From Candidatus Levybacteria bacterium RIFCSPHIGHO2_02_FULL_40_18 (lineage in GTDB: Bacteria > Patescibacteriota > Microgenomatia > Levybacterales > GWA1-39-11), in assembly GCA_001782235.1 (NCBI GenBank), contig MFOC01000007.1:86799-150798 (forward strand): 64,000 nt of DNA. The letters run 5' to 3'. The translations under genes and the position numbers were made by a program. Below the pieces are notes generated by a model, which was given only the letters and a program-made list of their open reading frames with translations, did not search any database and was not told the DNA's origin. Below are positions 36,561-45,673 of the stretch, piece after piece. Position 1 is the first letter of the stretch; each line of letters starts with the position of its first letter.

Positions 36561-36627
36561 CTTCTGTTACGCTGCTGTTAGGTTAATATCAAGTATCCTA
36601 AGCTATATTCTTGTAAACTTGCGCCAT

Positions 36628-39600
36628 ATGACACACGAAAATTTGACACCAAGAGACGCTATCAACTATTCTATAAATAGAATGCCAGAACCCATAATAG
36701 ATGGCCTACGAGGCGGCTCTGCCTCAAGTCGTTCAGTTCCGGGATATGATTCTTCCAGAACCGTAGATGAAATACAGGCTCAAAGAATTGTTGATGAGGT
36801 CAAATCCAAATCTTATTCTGCTAAAAGCAAATGGAGCAAAGAACAGGTTGATAAAAATGCCGGGCTTTCTGATGAGGAACGTCTTAGTCAAGCAGCTAAA
36901 ATTTTAAATCGGGAGCTTTCTCAAGAACAAAAAGACGCAGTCATTGGAACACATAAAATTAGCGAAGGCGAGATGGGAAAAGATGATAAACCTGTCAAAA
37001 TAGGAGAATACACACAGGCTCAAATTAAAAGAAAAGCCAATTCATTGAAAAAAGCAGGGTTTAATCTTGAAGAAAGGCGTGCTTTGCTTGAAAGCGGCAT
37101 TGCCGGCCTTCCTCTGGAAAGATTCGCCGCTATTAATCCTGACACATATACAGATCCTGAGATTAAAAATAAAACGGGGTTTGTAAAAACTATGGGGACA
37201 GAAGGAAACGCTGATTCGGAATTCTTACAGAATCAACTCTTTGAACTCAACTCTAGAATCGATAGGGGAACTGGGGACCTCAGAGAAGCAAGAACATTTC
37301 GGGATCAAATACAAGATCTTTTGACAGAGGCTCGTAGGCAAGAAACTGCAGAATTAGAAGAGAGAAGGCGTGCCGCGGAGGCAAGGTCTCCTACAGAGAG
37401 AAGGGGAGGCTATGAGCATCTTGAACGAACAGAGGAACAATTAAGAGCTATGACTCCTGAGGAACGTCAGAATTGGAGGGATCAAATTAAGCAGGCAATC
37501 AGAGAAGCGCCAGCCATCGATGCCTCTCGCTTCCCTGAACAACTTTTAGTAATAGCATTGAGCGATAAGGAACTTCGTGAGATGCTTCTCAATAGAATTC
37601 TTTTTAAACCCTATGAAGATACAACTGAGGCAAATATGTATAGGCTTAACTTTTACGCTGAGGGGAATCGCGACGATATTCTTGGGAAATTAGCCGAAAT
37701 AACTGATGGGAAATATGATTATTTTAAAAAACTTCAGACCGCGGTAGAGTTATTTCATGCAATGAATGTATCAACTGTCTCAGGAGACATAGAGCATTTA
37801 CTTGACTATGCTCGGCGAATAAATTTTGAACATTTTTCCTTAATGCAAGAGCTTCCAGGTCTCCCAGATGTCATGAGGCTTTATGAAGAGAAATACCAGG
37901 AGATTTTAGCAAGAGAAGGTAGAATAGCAACAGAGGGTTACAAAACATTAAAAAAAGAAGTAGAGAGAGCCTTCAATGAGATGAATGAAAAAGGGATTGT
38001 CAGAAGCGAATATGAAACGGAAAGGACTGGTGACAGGCCATGGATAATGGAAGACTGGGAAAGAACTAGGGCTATTAATGCGGGAAGAGCATTTTTTAAT
38101 ATTACCATTCGCGCAGCAGAACATATAGCAAATGGACAACTTGAGTCTGGAGGTAGAAAATGGACAGGATTTCCTCAGGAAGACGCTGTAAGACTTATGA
38201 ACTGGCCAAAATGGCTCGTTGAGAGATTTGAGGTTGCTATCCCTCGTGGAGGGCGTGCGTTTCTTGACAGAACAAGTAGAAACTACTTTGAATTTCTTGT
38301 TGAGCGCAAGCGAAAACTGGGGATAAATAGAATAGCCCAGCTTGGAGGAATGAGGGTTGATGAGCTTGAACTTGGGGCAATGTTTGGCGTAAGCGGAGTT
38401 TATAGCTCCTGGAGACTTGAGGCAATGCTATTTCCAAAGATCAAACTTGCCAATGGCCAGACACTTAGAGACTGGCTTGATGAGGAAGTCGGATATATAT
38501 CGCCGGACGGCAAGACAATTATGGCAAGAGGGAAAGACAGGCAGAGTCACTGGGTTGATAAAGGTATCTCCTTGCAGAAGCGGGCTGACTGGTTAGACCA
38601 GATTCAAGGAGATATTAAAAGCCAAGACCAGTTGCTCAAGTTTTTATCTCCTGTCATAGAAAATACAGACATTGCACTTGGTGTATTACTTAAGCAAGGT
38701 CTTACCTCAGGAGAGGTAGGATATAAGGTGAGAGAGAGAATTTGGCAAAGAGTTGCTGAAACAAATCTGCCTCTGATGATAAATTATCTTTCAAGCATTA
38801 GTGAAATGGATGATCCAATAGAGGTTGGTATAGGAGAACCTTTAAAAGGCGCACCAAAAGCTCAAAATCGCATAAGGCCAGATGACTGGACGTGCGGCGA
38901 AGAAGGGAGCGAGGAACGAAAGGAGGGAGATAGGAAGTGGAATGAGTTTAAAGAAAATGTTTTACTGCATCATGCCTGGGAAGTTAAACGCGCGGCGGGA
39001 GCAAATGTGTCAGAGGAGTCGCCTGTCCGTGATTATATTCGTGATCACCAAGATTTGATAGATAAAATTAAGCAAGAGGGGAGAGCACTTGCACCGCAAC
39101 TTGCAGATATTGTTTTTCCTTACGTTCCTTTTATGAATGACGTGCCATTTGAACTTATCGATTATGCAGGCCCGGGAGAAACATTCTACAAGAGGAGATT
39201 AGGCTCTGACCTTCCGAGCTTTAGCGCTGCAGAGCGCGCGTTTACAACCATTGTTAATAATCCGGGTGGGATAGGAGCAGAGAATGCACTTAAGGCATTT
39301 GATGAGATTGTAAAAGGAATTGAGAGTCCACAAGGGACACCGGATGCGCAGGAAAGGGTCTATCCAATGCTTTCTGCCTGGGGAGAATTTGTCCTGGCGC
39401 GTCCCGGGCATAGACAGATGATAATAAAGGCAGTTACAGAGATACTAAGAAAACCCACTTCCATTGCTCAGGAGTTTGCAGGAATGGATGCGGAATCTCT
39501 CGATGAAAATCAAATGCTGGCTGTTTTAGGAAATGCTACGAAAGCTGGAATTATAAGCCATGACCTTTACAATGAGATGAAGAAAAAAAAGCATCTGGGC

Positions 39601-39702
39601 ATTCTTTTTATCTTGTGGGCGCTTTTCCGTGATATTATTATAATGGCTCCGGCAATCGCAGCTTGGGAGATGGGTAAAGATACGATGAAGAAAGCGGCAT
39701 GA
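36628..39702 (+). CDS. Large (about 1020 aa) hypothetical protein with a C-terminal TM anchor, on the opposite strand inside the T4SS-like locus. Start chosen at ATG 36628.
   Basis: Long ORF; C-terminal HLGILFILWALFRDIIIMAPAIAAW hydrophobic helix. R/E-rich with no recognised domain. Confidence 0.55.
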   Translation: MTHENLTPRDAINYSINRMPEPIIDGLRGGSASSRSVPGYDSSRTVDEIQAQRIVDEVKSKSYSAKSKWSKEQVDKNAGLSDEERLSQAAKILNRELSQEQKDAVIGTHKISEGEMGKDDKPVKIGEYTQAQIKRKANSLKKAGFNLEERRALLESGIAGLPLERFAAINPDTYTDPEIKNKTGFVKTMGTEGNADSEFLQNQLFELNSRIDRGTGDLREARTFRDQIQDLLTEARRQETAELEERRRAAEARSPTERRGGYEHLERTEEQLRAMTPEERQNWRDQIKQAIREAPAIDASRFPEQLLVIALSDKELREMLLNRILFKPYEDTTEANMYRLNFYAEGNRDDILGKLAEITDGKYDYFKKLQTAVELFHAMNVSTVSGDIEHLLDYARRINFEHFSLMQELPGLPDVMRLYEEKYQEILAREGRIATEGYKTLKKEVERAFNEMNEKGIVRSEYETERTGDRPWIMEDWERTRAINAGRAFFNITIRAAEHIANGQLESGGRKWTGFPQEDAVRLMNWPKWLVERFEVAIPRGGRAFLDRTSRNYFEFLVERKRKLGINRIAQLGGMRVDELELGAMFGVSGVYSSWRLEAMLFPKIKLANGQTLRDWLDEEVGYISPDGKTIMARGKDRQSHWVDKGISLQKRADWLDQIQGDIKSQDQLLKFLSPVIENTDIALGVLLKQGLTSGEVGYKVRERIWQRVAETNLPLMINYLSSISEMDDPIEVGIGEPLKGAPKAQNRIRPDDWTCGEEGSEERKEGDRKWNEFKENVLLHHAWEVKRAAGANVSEESPVRDYIRDHQDLIDKIKQEGRALAPQLADIVFPYVPFMNDVPFELIDYAGPGETFYKRRLGSDLPSFSAAERAFTTIVNNPGGIGAENALKAFDEIVKGIESPQGTPDAQERVYPMLSAWGEFVLARPGHRQMIIKAVTEILRKPTSIAQEFAGMDAESLDENQMLAVLGNATKAGIISHDLYNEMKKKKHLGILFILWALFRDIIIMAPAIAAWEMGKDTMKKAA

Positions 39703-39721
39703 AGCTTTTCTTGCTGTTCTT

Positions 39722-41335
39722 TTATCTAAAGACCCGTCTGAGAACAGCAGTAAGCCCTTTCTCACCCGCCAGTGGCATAGCGCCTTTTAGAGCTGCAAAA
39801 CCACCTCCAGCAGTTCCCCTAACAGTTCCTGTTATGACACCCAGTCCTCCTGCAACCGATCTTCCTATTGCTGCGGTGTACTTAAATTCGGGCGCTTTTA
39901 GAGCGTCCCTGACAATATTGACAACTTCAGGGGTCAAGAGAATTATTCCAAGACCAATTATTGACGCAAAGTTTGCTGGATCCAAAAAGTCTCCGGTAAG
40001 TGGTGGAACAAAAGGCGTTGTGCTTGGATCTTGTTTAGTAAAGCCACTCATAAAAGCCTTTCCAAAAAGAAACATGGCAATTGTTACCGGAAATACCGAG
40101 AGGTTTGATAATATTGATCTTATCCACGTTCCAAAACCAGATCTTCCCGGGATTAGCCCCGAGGCAATATAAAAGGGGGCAAGGACTACATTTATGAGGA
40201 CGTAGATATAGGATTTAATAAGTTGAAACCAAAGACGCAGGAGCGCTGCAAAAATTGCGATTATTATAATAAGGTACGTAACTGCACCTGCAAAAAATCC
40301 CAGAATTCTATTTCCAGACAGTTCATTCACCCCAAAACCTATTGCAAAACCTGCTACCGCCCCAGGGATCCCTCCGAAACTGCCAGCAGCCTTAGCTACT
40401 TTACCTAGCACTGAAGGTAGTCCACCTCCTGCGCCGCCCAACACGGTTCCAAAGATTCCGCCGACAATTCCTGCTAAAACATTCCCAAGAGTACCATCAA
40501 ATATAGATCGCACAATCCCTGAGATACTTTTAGCAACGCCTTCTGCAATTCCAGATATCCCCATGTCCTTTCCGGTGAGCGGGGCGCTGCCAAATCCTCC
40601 GGCTGCCGCAAAGGGGTTACTTGCCAACATACTTGTTGGGTCAATTCCTTGCTCGGCGAATATTGTCATAATTAAGTAGATTGAGACATACATAAGGTCC
40701 ACTAAAAACCCTGCGATTGCATAAGAGAAGGTAATCAAAACTAGAGCAATCACAATTTTTGGAATTTGATTTTGCATTGTCATAACGGTTCTGGGGTCAA
40801 TTTTTATTCTAAACATTATTCCAAGACCCACAATTATAAAAACAATTACAAAGAGAAGATAAGTCAAATTTCTAAAAGCCTGCCAGAGCTTAAGAGTGGG
40901 CGTAAGGGAATTAAAACCTAGGCTTCCCTCAGGTCCTTGCGCATATGTTTTTTTAACTATGCCAAAATTTGAAGCAACATAGCTTCCGTAATCATGAGTT
41001 GAGACAGGAATGTAAAAAGTTGCCGACATAAGATTTCCCAACATTCCAAGCGCTCCGCCTCCTCCCTCAACAAATCCTATTTTTCCAGTATTTGGATCTA
41101 TTCCAAGACACTTATTACCAGGATTGGCGGGATCAATTCCTGAGAGTTGACAAGAAGTTGCGGCGATAATTTCAATAAAGACGCTTTGGGTGTATGTATG
41201 GAAATTCTGCGGGACGTCCGGATTTGTGTTGAGGTAATTTGCATTAGGGTTTGGGAATTGAGCATTCGCGTTTGGTACAAAAATAAGGAACAATGAATAA
41301 AGAATAACGAATAAAGAGAGCAGTTTAAATATCAT
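39722..41335 (-). CDS. VirB6/TrbL-like polytopic inner-membrane T4SS component, with signal peptide and Gly-rich segments
   Basis: Signal peptide ...VPNANAQ, at least 7 TM helices, Gly-rich loops GGIFGTVLGGAGGGLPSVLG. Position and size typical of TcpH/PrgH/VirB6 analogues. Confidence 0.55.
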   Translation of the reverse strand: MIFKLLSLFVILYSLFLIFVPNANAQFPNPNANYLNTNPDVPQNFHTYTQSVFIEIIAATSCQLSGIDPANPGNKCLGIDPNTGKIGFVEGGGGALGMLGNLMSATFYIPVSTHDYGSYVASNFGIVKKTYAQGPEGSLGFNSLTPTLKLWQAFRNLTYLLFVIVFIIVGLGIMFRIKIDPRTVMTMQNQIPKIVIALVLITFSYAIAGFLVDLMYVSIYLIMTIFAEQGIDPTSMLASNPFAAAGGFGSAPLTGKDMGISGIAEGVAKSISGIVRSIFDGTLGNVLAGIVGGIFGTVLGGAGGGLPSVLGKVAKAAGSFGGIPGAVAGFAIGFGVNELSGNRILGFFAGAVTYLIIIIAIFAALLRLWFQLIKSYIYVLINVVLAPFYIASGLIPGRSGFGTWIRSILSNLSVFPVTIAMFLFGKAFMSGFTKQDPSTTPFVPPLTGDFLDPANFASIIGLGIILLTPEVVNIVRDALKAPEFKYTAAIGRSVAGGLGVITGTVRGTAGGGFAALKGAMPLAGEKGLTAVLRRVFR

Positions 41336-41344
41336 AATTGATTT

Positions 41345-41480
41345 TAGTATTTAGAAATTGGTTTTTGGACAATAGAAATTAGTAATAGAAAATAGAGAAT
41401 AGAAAATAGAAACAAATACTATTCTCCAAGTTCAAATTTCCATAACCATTTTCCAATTTCTTACAACTATTTTCTAATAA
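41345..41480 (-). repeat. Word-repeat palindromic leader element, copy F, 5' of the VirB6-like gene
   Basis: TAGAAATTGGTTTTTGGACAATAGAAATTAGTAATAGAAAATAGAGAATAGAAAATAG ... CCATAACCATTTTCCAATTTCTTACAACTATTTTCTAAT. Confidence 0.6.
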
Positions 41481-41719
41481 GTCTATTTTTAGTATGGGCT
41501 AAAAATATCGTAAATGTCAAATAGTTGGCTTGACCCCGCTAATCTTACCGTTCGCCTTTTTCCCGCCGATATTTTTCGGTCGGGATCCCGCACGAATGTA
41601 ATTCGTCGGGACAGTACTATTCGTACACGGCTCACGGAGCGATTTTAGAGGTGTCTTCTGTCGCTACGCTTCTTGACAATTGGTGTGGTTGGGGTTATTA
41701 TTATCAAAATCTTCATTAA

Positions 41720-42334
41720 ATGAAAAAAGTTGTCTTGGGATTACTGCTCCTGGCCCTCTTTTATTTAAGTACTCCTTCAAAAACACTTGCCCAAACTAAG
41801 CCTATACTTTCTCCTTCGCCCACGGAAGCCCTCATGTCAGAAGATAAACAAATGGAGAAAGAAAAAGAAGCCACGCAAAGTTCGCAGCCTGAGATAGATG
41901 AGTACCCGTTGCCCTATCCTGGAATCTTACCTGACAATCCGTTGCATTTTCTAAAGGCTCTCCGAGACAGGATAATTTTAATGCTAATGTCAGATCCTGT
42001 AAAAGAAGCGGAGTTTAATCTTTTAACATCGGACAAAAGAATTTATGCGGCACAACTTTTAGCAGACAAGGGAAAAGGACAACTTTCAATTTCAACTCTT
42101 TCAAAAAGCAATAACTATTTCCATAATGCAGTATCAAGCGCCGGGGAAGCCAAAAAGATGGGGAAAGATATTGATACAGTTTTACATAATATGAAAAAGT
42201 CTATTGTTAAACACCAACTGGTGCTGCCTATGATGGAGAATGTGCTCTCAAAAGACTTTGCAAGCCAGCTTCGGGCAGAGGGTGCGAGAATGGTAGAATT
42301 TGAAAGATCCGTAGATAGCCTTATCCTGCAGTAA
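41720..42334 (+). CDS. Secreted hypothetical protein (signal peptide)
   Basis: MKKVVLGLLLLALFYLSTPSKTLAQ signal peptide. The sequence TTGACA-17 nt-TATTAT at 41676-41704 upstream is a possible promoter. Confidence 0.5.
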   Translation: MKKVVLGLLLLALFYLSTPSKTLAQTKPILSPSPTEALMSEDKQMEKEKEATQSSQPEIDEYPLPYPGILPDNPLHFLKALRDRIILMLMSDPVKEAEFNLLTSDKRIYAAQLLADKGKGQLSISTLSKSNNYFHNAVSSAGEAKKMGKDIDTVLHNMKKSIVKHQLVLPMMENVLSKDFASQLRAEGARMVEFERSVDSLILQ

Positions 42335-42482
42335 CAATCTAATTCCCTAGTTAGATCATTTTTTTTACACACAAAAACAAAGTGCCCAACTAATTTTTTC
42401 GTCCCATCCGCCAACCGGCGGACTATTACCGCAAAACGAGGCTAAAACATCGATTGCCATAGTTTGATATACAACTTGATAG

Positions 42483-42537
42483 TTGACACGGCTGATATAG
42501 TGTTCTACTATTTTAGTTGACACTATATCTAGTAGTT
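42483..42537 (+). promoter_or_regulatory. Putative nrdR/nrdJ promoter with two NrdR-box-like palindromes. TTGACA at 42483-42488, TACTAT at 42506-42511. Boxes at about 42494-42507 and 42520-42533.
   Basis: TGATATAGTGTTCT and ACACTATATCTAGT resemble the NrdR box consensus acaCwAtATaTwGtgt. Centre-to-centre spacing is about 27 bp. Confidence 0.45.
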
Positions 42538-42564
42538 TGCACCTTGAACAACCAGCCCAATTAA

Positions 42565-42690
42565 GCAGAAAATAGTTAATAGATAATAGAAAATAGTAAT
42601 GGAAGTTGGAAAATAGAAAATAGATTAAATACCAATTTCTAATATCTAATTTCCATAACTAATATCTAATTTCTAACAACTAATTTCTGT
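42565..42690 (+). repeat. Word-repeat palindromic leader element, copy G, 5' of nrdR
   Basis: CAGAAAATAGTTAATAGATAATAGAAAATAGTAATGGAAGTTGGAAAATAGAAAATAG ... ATCTAATTTCCATAACTAATATCTAATTTCTAACAACTAATTTCTG. Confidence 0.6.
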
Positions 42691-42706
42691 AATTTAGAAT
42701 TTAATT

Positions 42707-43156
42707 ATGCAGTGTCCTTATTGTAAAAGTGAAGATTCTGAAGTTGTTGAAACAAGGGTCTCGGATGATGGAACAAATATAAGGCGCAGAAGAAATTGCC
42801 TTTCATGCGGCAAGCGTTATACAACTTACGAGCGGATAGAAAACATCACTCTTATTGTCAAGAAAAAGGACGGAAGGCGCGAGCAATTTGATCGAGAGAA
42901 ACTTCGGCAAGGACTCATGAAAGCCTGCGAGAAGACAACGGTGTCACTTGATGCGATTAATAATATAGTAGACGAGGTTGAAAGAGAGTTAATATCTGGC
43001 GAGTCGGTTGAAATAGAAGCAAAGAAAATTGGTCAGATGGTTGCTCAAAAACTTAAGAAGCTTGACAAAGTAGCATACATAAGGTTTTCAAGCGTCTTCA
43101 AGAGATTCGTAGATCTTGAGGACTTTGAGAAAGAATTAAAAAAACTTATCAAATAA
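42707..43156 (+). CDS. nrdR: Transcriptional repressor NrdR
   Basis: Zinc ribbon MQCPYCKSEDSEVVETR...RRRNCLSCGKRYTTYERIE and ATP-cone domain. Confidence 0.9.
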   Translation: MQCPYCKSEDSEVVETRVSDDGTNIRRRRNCLSCGKRYTTYERIENITLIVKKKDGRREQFDREKLRQGLMKACEKTTVSLDAINNIVDEVERELISGESVEIEAKKIGQMVAQKLKKLDKVAYIRFSSVFKRFVDLEDFEKELKKLIK

Positions 43157-43168
43157 CCAAATTCTATT

Positions 43169-45673
43169 ATGAAATTACAAGGACTTTCGCAAAAAGTATT
43201 TTTGGATCGCTATTCTTTAAAAGATAAGAAGGGGAAGGCTCTCGAAAAAACCCCTGACCGCATGTGGAGGAGAGTGGCCGCGGCTGTTGCCGGTGTTGAG
43301 ACAACTTCCCAAAATAAGAAGCGCTGGGAAAAGGAATTTTATTCTGCGATGCAGGATTTTAAATATGTTCCCGGAGGAAGAATTTTGGCAGGCGCTGGGA
43401 CCGGTTTTGAAGTTACCTACTATAATTGCTTTGTAATTCCATCCCCCAAAGACTCACGTGAAGGGATTCTTGAAACCCTCAAGCAAATGGTAGAGATTAT
43501 GGCTCGCGGTGGGGGAGTCGGAATAAATCTTTCTTCCTTGCGACCGCGCGGGTTTCGCGTTGAAAAAGTAAACGGCTTCTCTTCAGGTCCCTGCAATTGG
43601 GCAGAACTTTTCTCCGTTGCAACAAAAGACATTATTCAACAGGGAGGTAGTCGCCGAGGGGCATTAATGCTTATGCTCTGGGATTGGCATCCTGATATTG
43701 AAGAATTTATTACTGTTAAACAAGATCTTTCCCGTATAAATGGCGCAAACCTTTCTGTCTGTGTTTCAGATTCTTTCATGGAGCAGGTTGAGCGCGATGG
43801 AGATTGGGACCTTGTCTTTCCGGACAGAAGAGATCCCGAGTATGATACAAAATGGGACGGAGATATATACACATGGCGTGCAATGGGCAAAAAGGTTGTA
43901 AAACATAAGACTATCAAAGCGCGCTACATGTGGGATCTAATTGCCGAGGCCGCCTGGAGATCTGCAGAGCCGGGAGTTGTCTTCATGGAACGATACAATA
44001 AACTGCACAATAATTGGTATTGGAACCGAATTAACTGCGTAAATCCATGCGGAGAGGAGGGCTTGCCGCCGTGGGGAGTTTGCAATCTTGGATCAATTAA
44101 TCTTTCAGCTCTTGTTCACGGCGATAATATTGACAAGAAGGGAAAGTTTGATTTTTCTCTACTTAAGAAAGTCACTCGGGCCGCTGTCCGATTTCAAGAC
44201 AATGTTATTGAAATGGATCCTTATATTTTTGATGGGATCAAAAAGACCCAATATGAAGGAGAAAGAAGAATAGGTCTTGGGACAATGGGTCTTGGAGATG
44301 CTTTGATTAAGCTTCATTTAAGATATGGGTCACCTGAATCCCTTCAGTTTATCGATCGCGTTTATAGAATTATAAGAGACGAGGCGTATAGGACCTCAGT
44401 TGAAATTGGCGCTGAGAAAGGATCTTTTGGAAAGTTTGACAAAAAACTTTATCCTCAGGGCAAGTTCATACAACTGTTGCCTGCTGATATTCAGAATGGA
44501 ATTAAGAAAAAAGGCATTAGAAATTCCATACTTCTTATGCAAGCGCCAACCGGGTCAACATCTCTTCTTGTTAATACAACCTCTGGAATTGAGCCGGTTT
44601 TTGAATTCGAATTTGTGAGGCGCGATAGAATAGGCGAGCATGTTGTCCGCCACTACTTATATGAACAATGGTATAAAAAACACGGCAAGGATATTGAGGC
44701 AGGCAAAATTGAGCGGCCCGATTTCTTTGTGTCGGCGAATGATCTGACGCCAGAAGATCATGTCAGGGCTCAGGCAATAATTCAAAAATATGTTGATGCA
44801 TCTATTTCAAAAACAGTTAATGCGCCTAATGCCCACACAGTTGAAGAAGTAAAAAAGCTTTACAACATGGCATACAAACTTGGTTGCAAAGGCGTTACAT
44901 ATATGAGAGAAGGATCCCGCGCAGGGGTCTTGGAACGCATAGATGATAAGAAGAAGGAAGAAGCTCCAAAGGTTGAAGTAAAAGCCCCACCGGTTACAAA
45001 GAGGCCGCCTGTTATGTATGGCTTGACTTACAAAACCCAAACGCCACTTGGAGACGCATTCATTACTATCAATAAAGATGAAGGAGGAAATCCCTTTGAA
45101 GCCTTTATAACCATTGGCAAATCAGGTTCTGATGTTGCTGCCATGACTGATGCTTTGGGCCGAATGATTTCCCTGACTCTTCGCCTTCAGAGTCCTATAC
45201 CGGCACGAGAACGCGTCAGACAGATTGTCGCACAGCTTTCGGGAATCGGCGGCATGAGAACAATCGGATTTGGAGAAAACAGGGTTCGGTCTGTGCCTGA
45301 TGCTGTAGCAAAAGTTTTAGCAGAGGAATTTGGATTTTCAGTCAACGGGATAGTTCGTGATCTAAAGACTTCGGAAAATACCGTAACAAACGGCCAGGTA
45401 GTTTCGGTATCGAATGGCGCAAACGGAAACGGAATTGTGGCAAAAACAAATGGCATCGTCACAAGTGCCAATGGTATAGCAAGTCCTGCGACTGCGCTAA
45501 ATGAATCGCAAAGCGAGGCGGCAGAGCAGACAGTTGTTATGGAACAATTAAGTATTGGGAGTGAGACCTCGACGCATAGCGCATTTGATTTTTGTCCCTC
45601 ATGCGGAGCAGCAACGCTCGCGCATGAAGAGGGATGCAAAAAATGCTATAGCTGCGGCTATAGTGAATGTTAA
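43169..45673 (+). CDS. nrdJ: Class II (adenosylcobalamin-dependent) ribonucleotide reductase
   Basis: Length and motifs: ...VPGGRILAGAGT..., catalytic NPCGEEGLPPWGVCNLGSINL, C-terminal Cys cluster CKKCYSCGYSEC. Confidence 0.85.
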   Translation: MKLQGLSQKVFLDRYSLKDKKGKALEKTPDRMWRRVAAAVAGVETTSQNKKRWEKEFYSAMQDFKYVPGGRILAGAGTGFEVTYYNCFVIPSPKDSREGILETLKQMVEIMARGGGVGINLSSLRPRGFRVEKVNGFSSGPCNWAELFSVATKDIIQQGGSRRGALMLMLWDWHPDIEEFITVKQDLSRINGANLSVCVSDSFMEQVERDGDWDLVFPDRRDPEYDTKWDGDIYTWRAMGKKVVKHKTIKARYMWDLIAEAAWRSAEPGVVFMERYNKLHNNWYWNRINCVNPCGEEGLPPWGVCNLGSINLSALVHGDNIDKKGKFDFSLLKKVTRAAVRFQDNVIEMDPYIFDGIKKTQYEGERRIGLGTMGLGDALIKLHLRYGSPESLQFIDRVYRIIRDEAYRTSVEIGAEKGSFGKFDKKLYPQGKFIQLLPADIQNGIKKKGIRNSILLMQAPTGSTSLLVNTTSGIEPVFEFEFVRRDRIGEHVVRHYLYEQWYKKHGKDIEAGKIERPDFFVSANDLTPEDHVRAQAIIQKYVDASISKTVNAPNAHTVEEVKKLYNMAYKLGCKGVTYMREGSRAGVLERIDDKKKEEAPKVEVKAPPVTKRPPVMYGLTYKTQTPLGDAFITINKDEGGNPFEAFITIGKSGSDVAAMTDALGRMISLTLRLQSPIPARERVRQIVAQLSGIGGMRTIGFGENRVRSVPDAVAKVLAEEFGFSVNGIVRDLKTSENTVTNGQVVSVSNGANGNGIVAKTNGIVTSANGIASPATALNESQSEAAEQTVVMEQLSIGSETSTHSAFDFCPSCGAATLAHEEGCKKCYSCGYSEC

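Noticed and set aside
39699-40172. Plus-strand 157-aa ORF overlapping the VirB6-like gene
   Set aside because: Entirely antisense to a long membrane-protein gene; Pro/Ala-rich composition typical of reverse-strand GC-rich codons.
9990-42700. CRISPR array: the repeated GAAAATAG-type elements were checked for CRISPR-like structure
   Set aside because: Repeat units are 8-9-bp words without regular 25-40-bp spacers, and the copies are gene-proximal leaders rather than an array. No cas genes are present.
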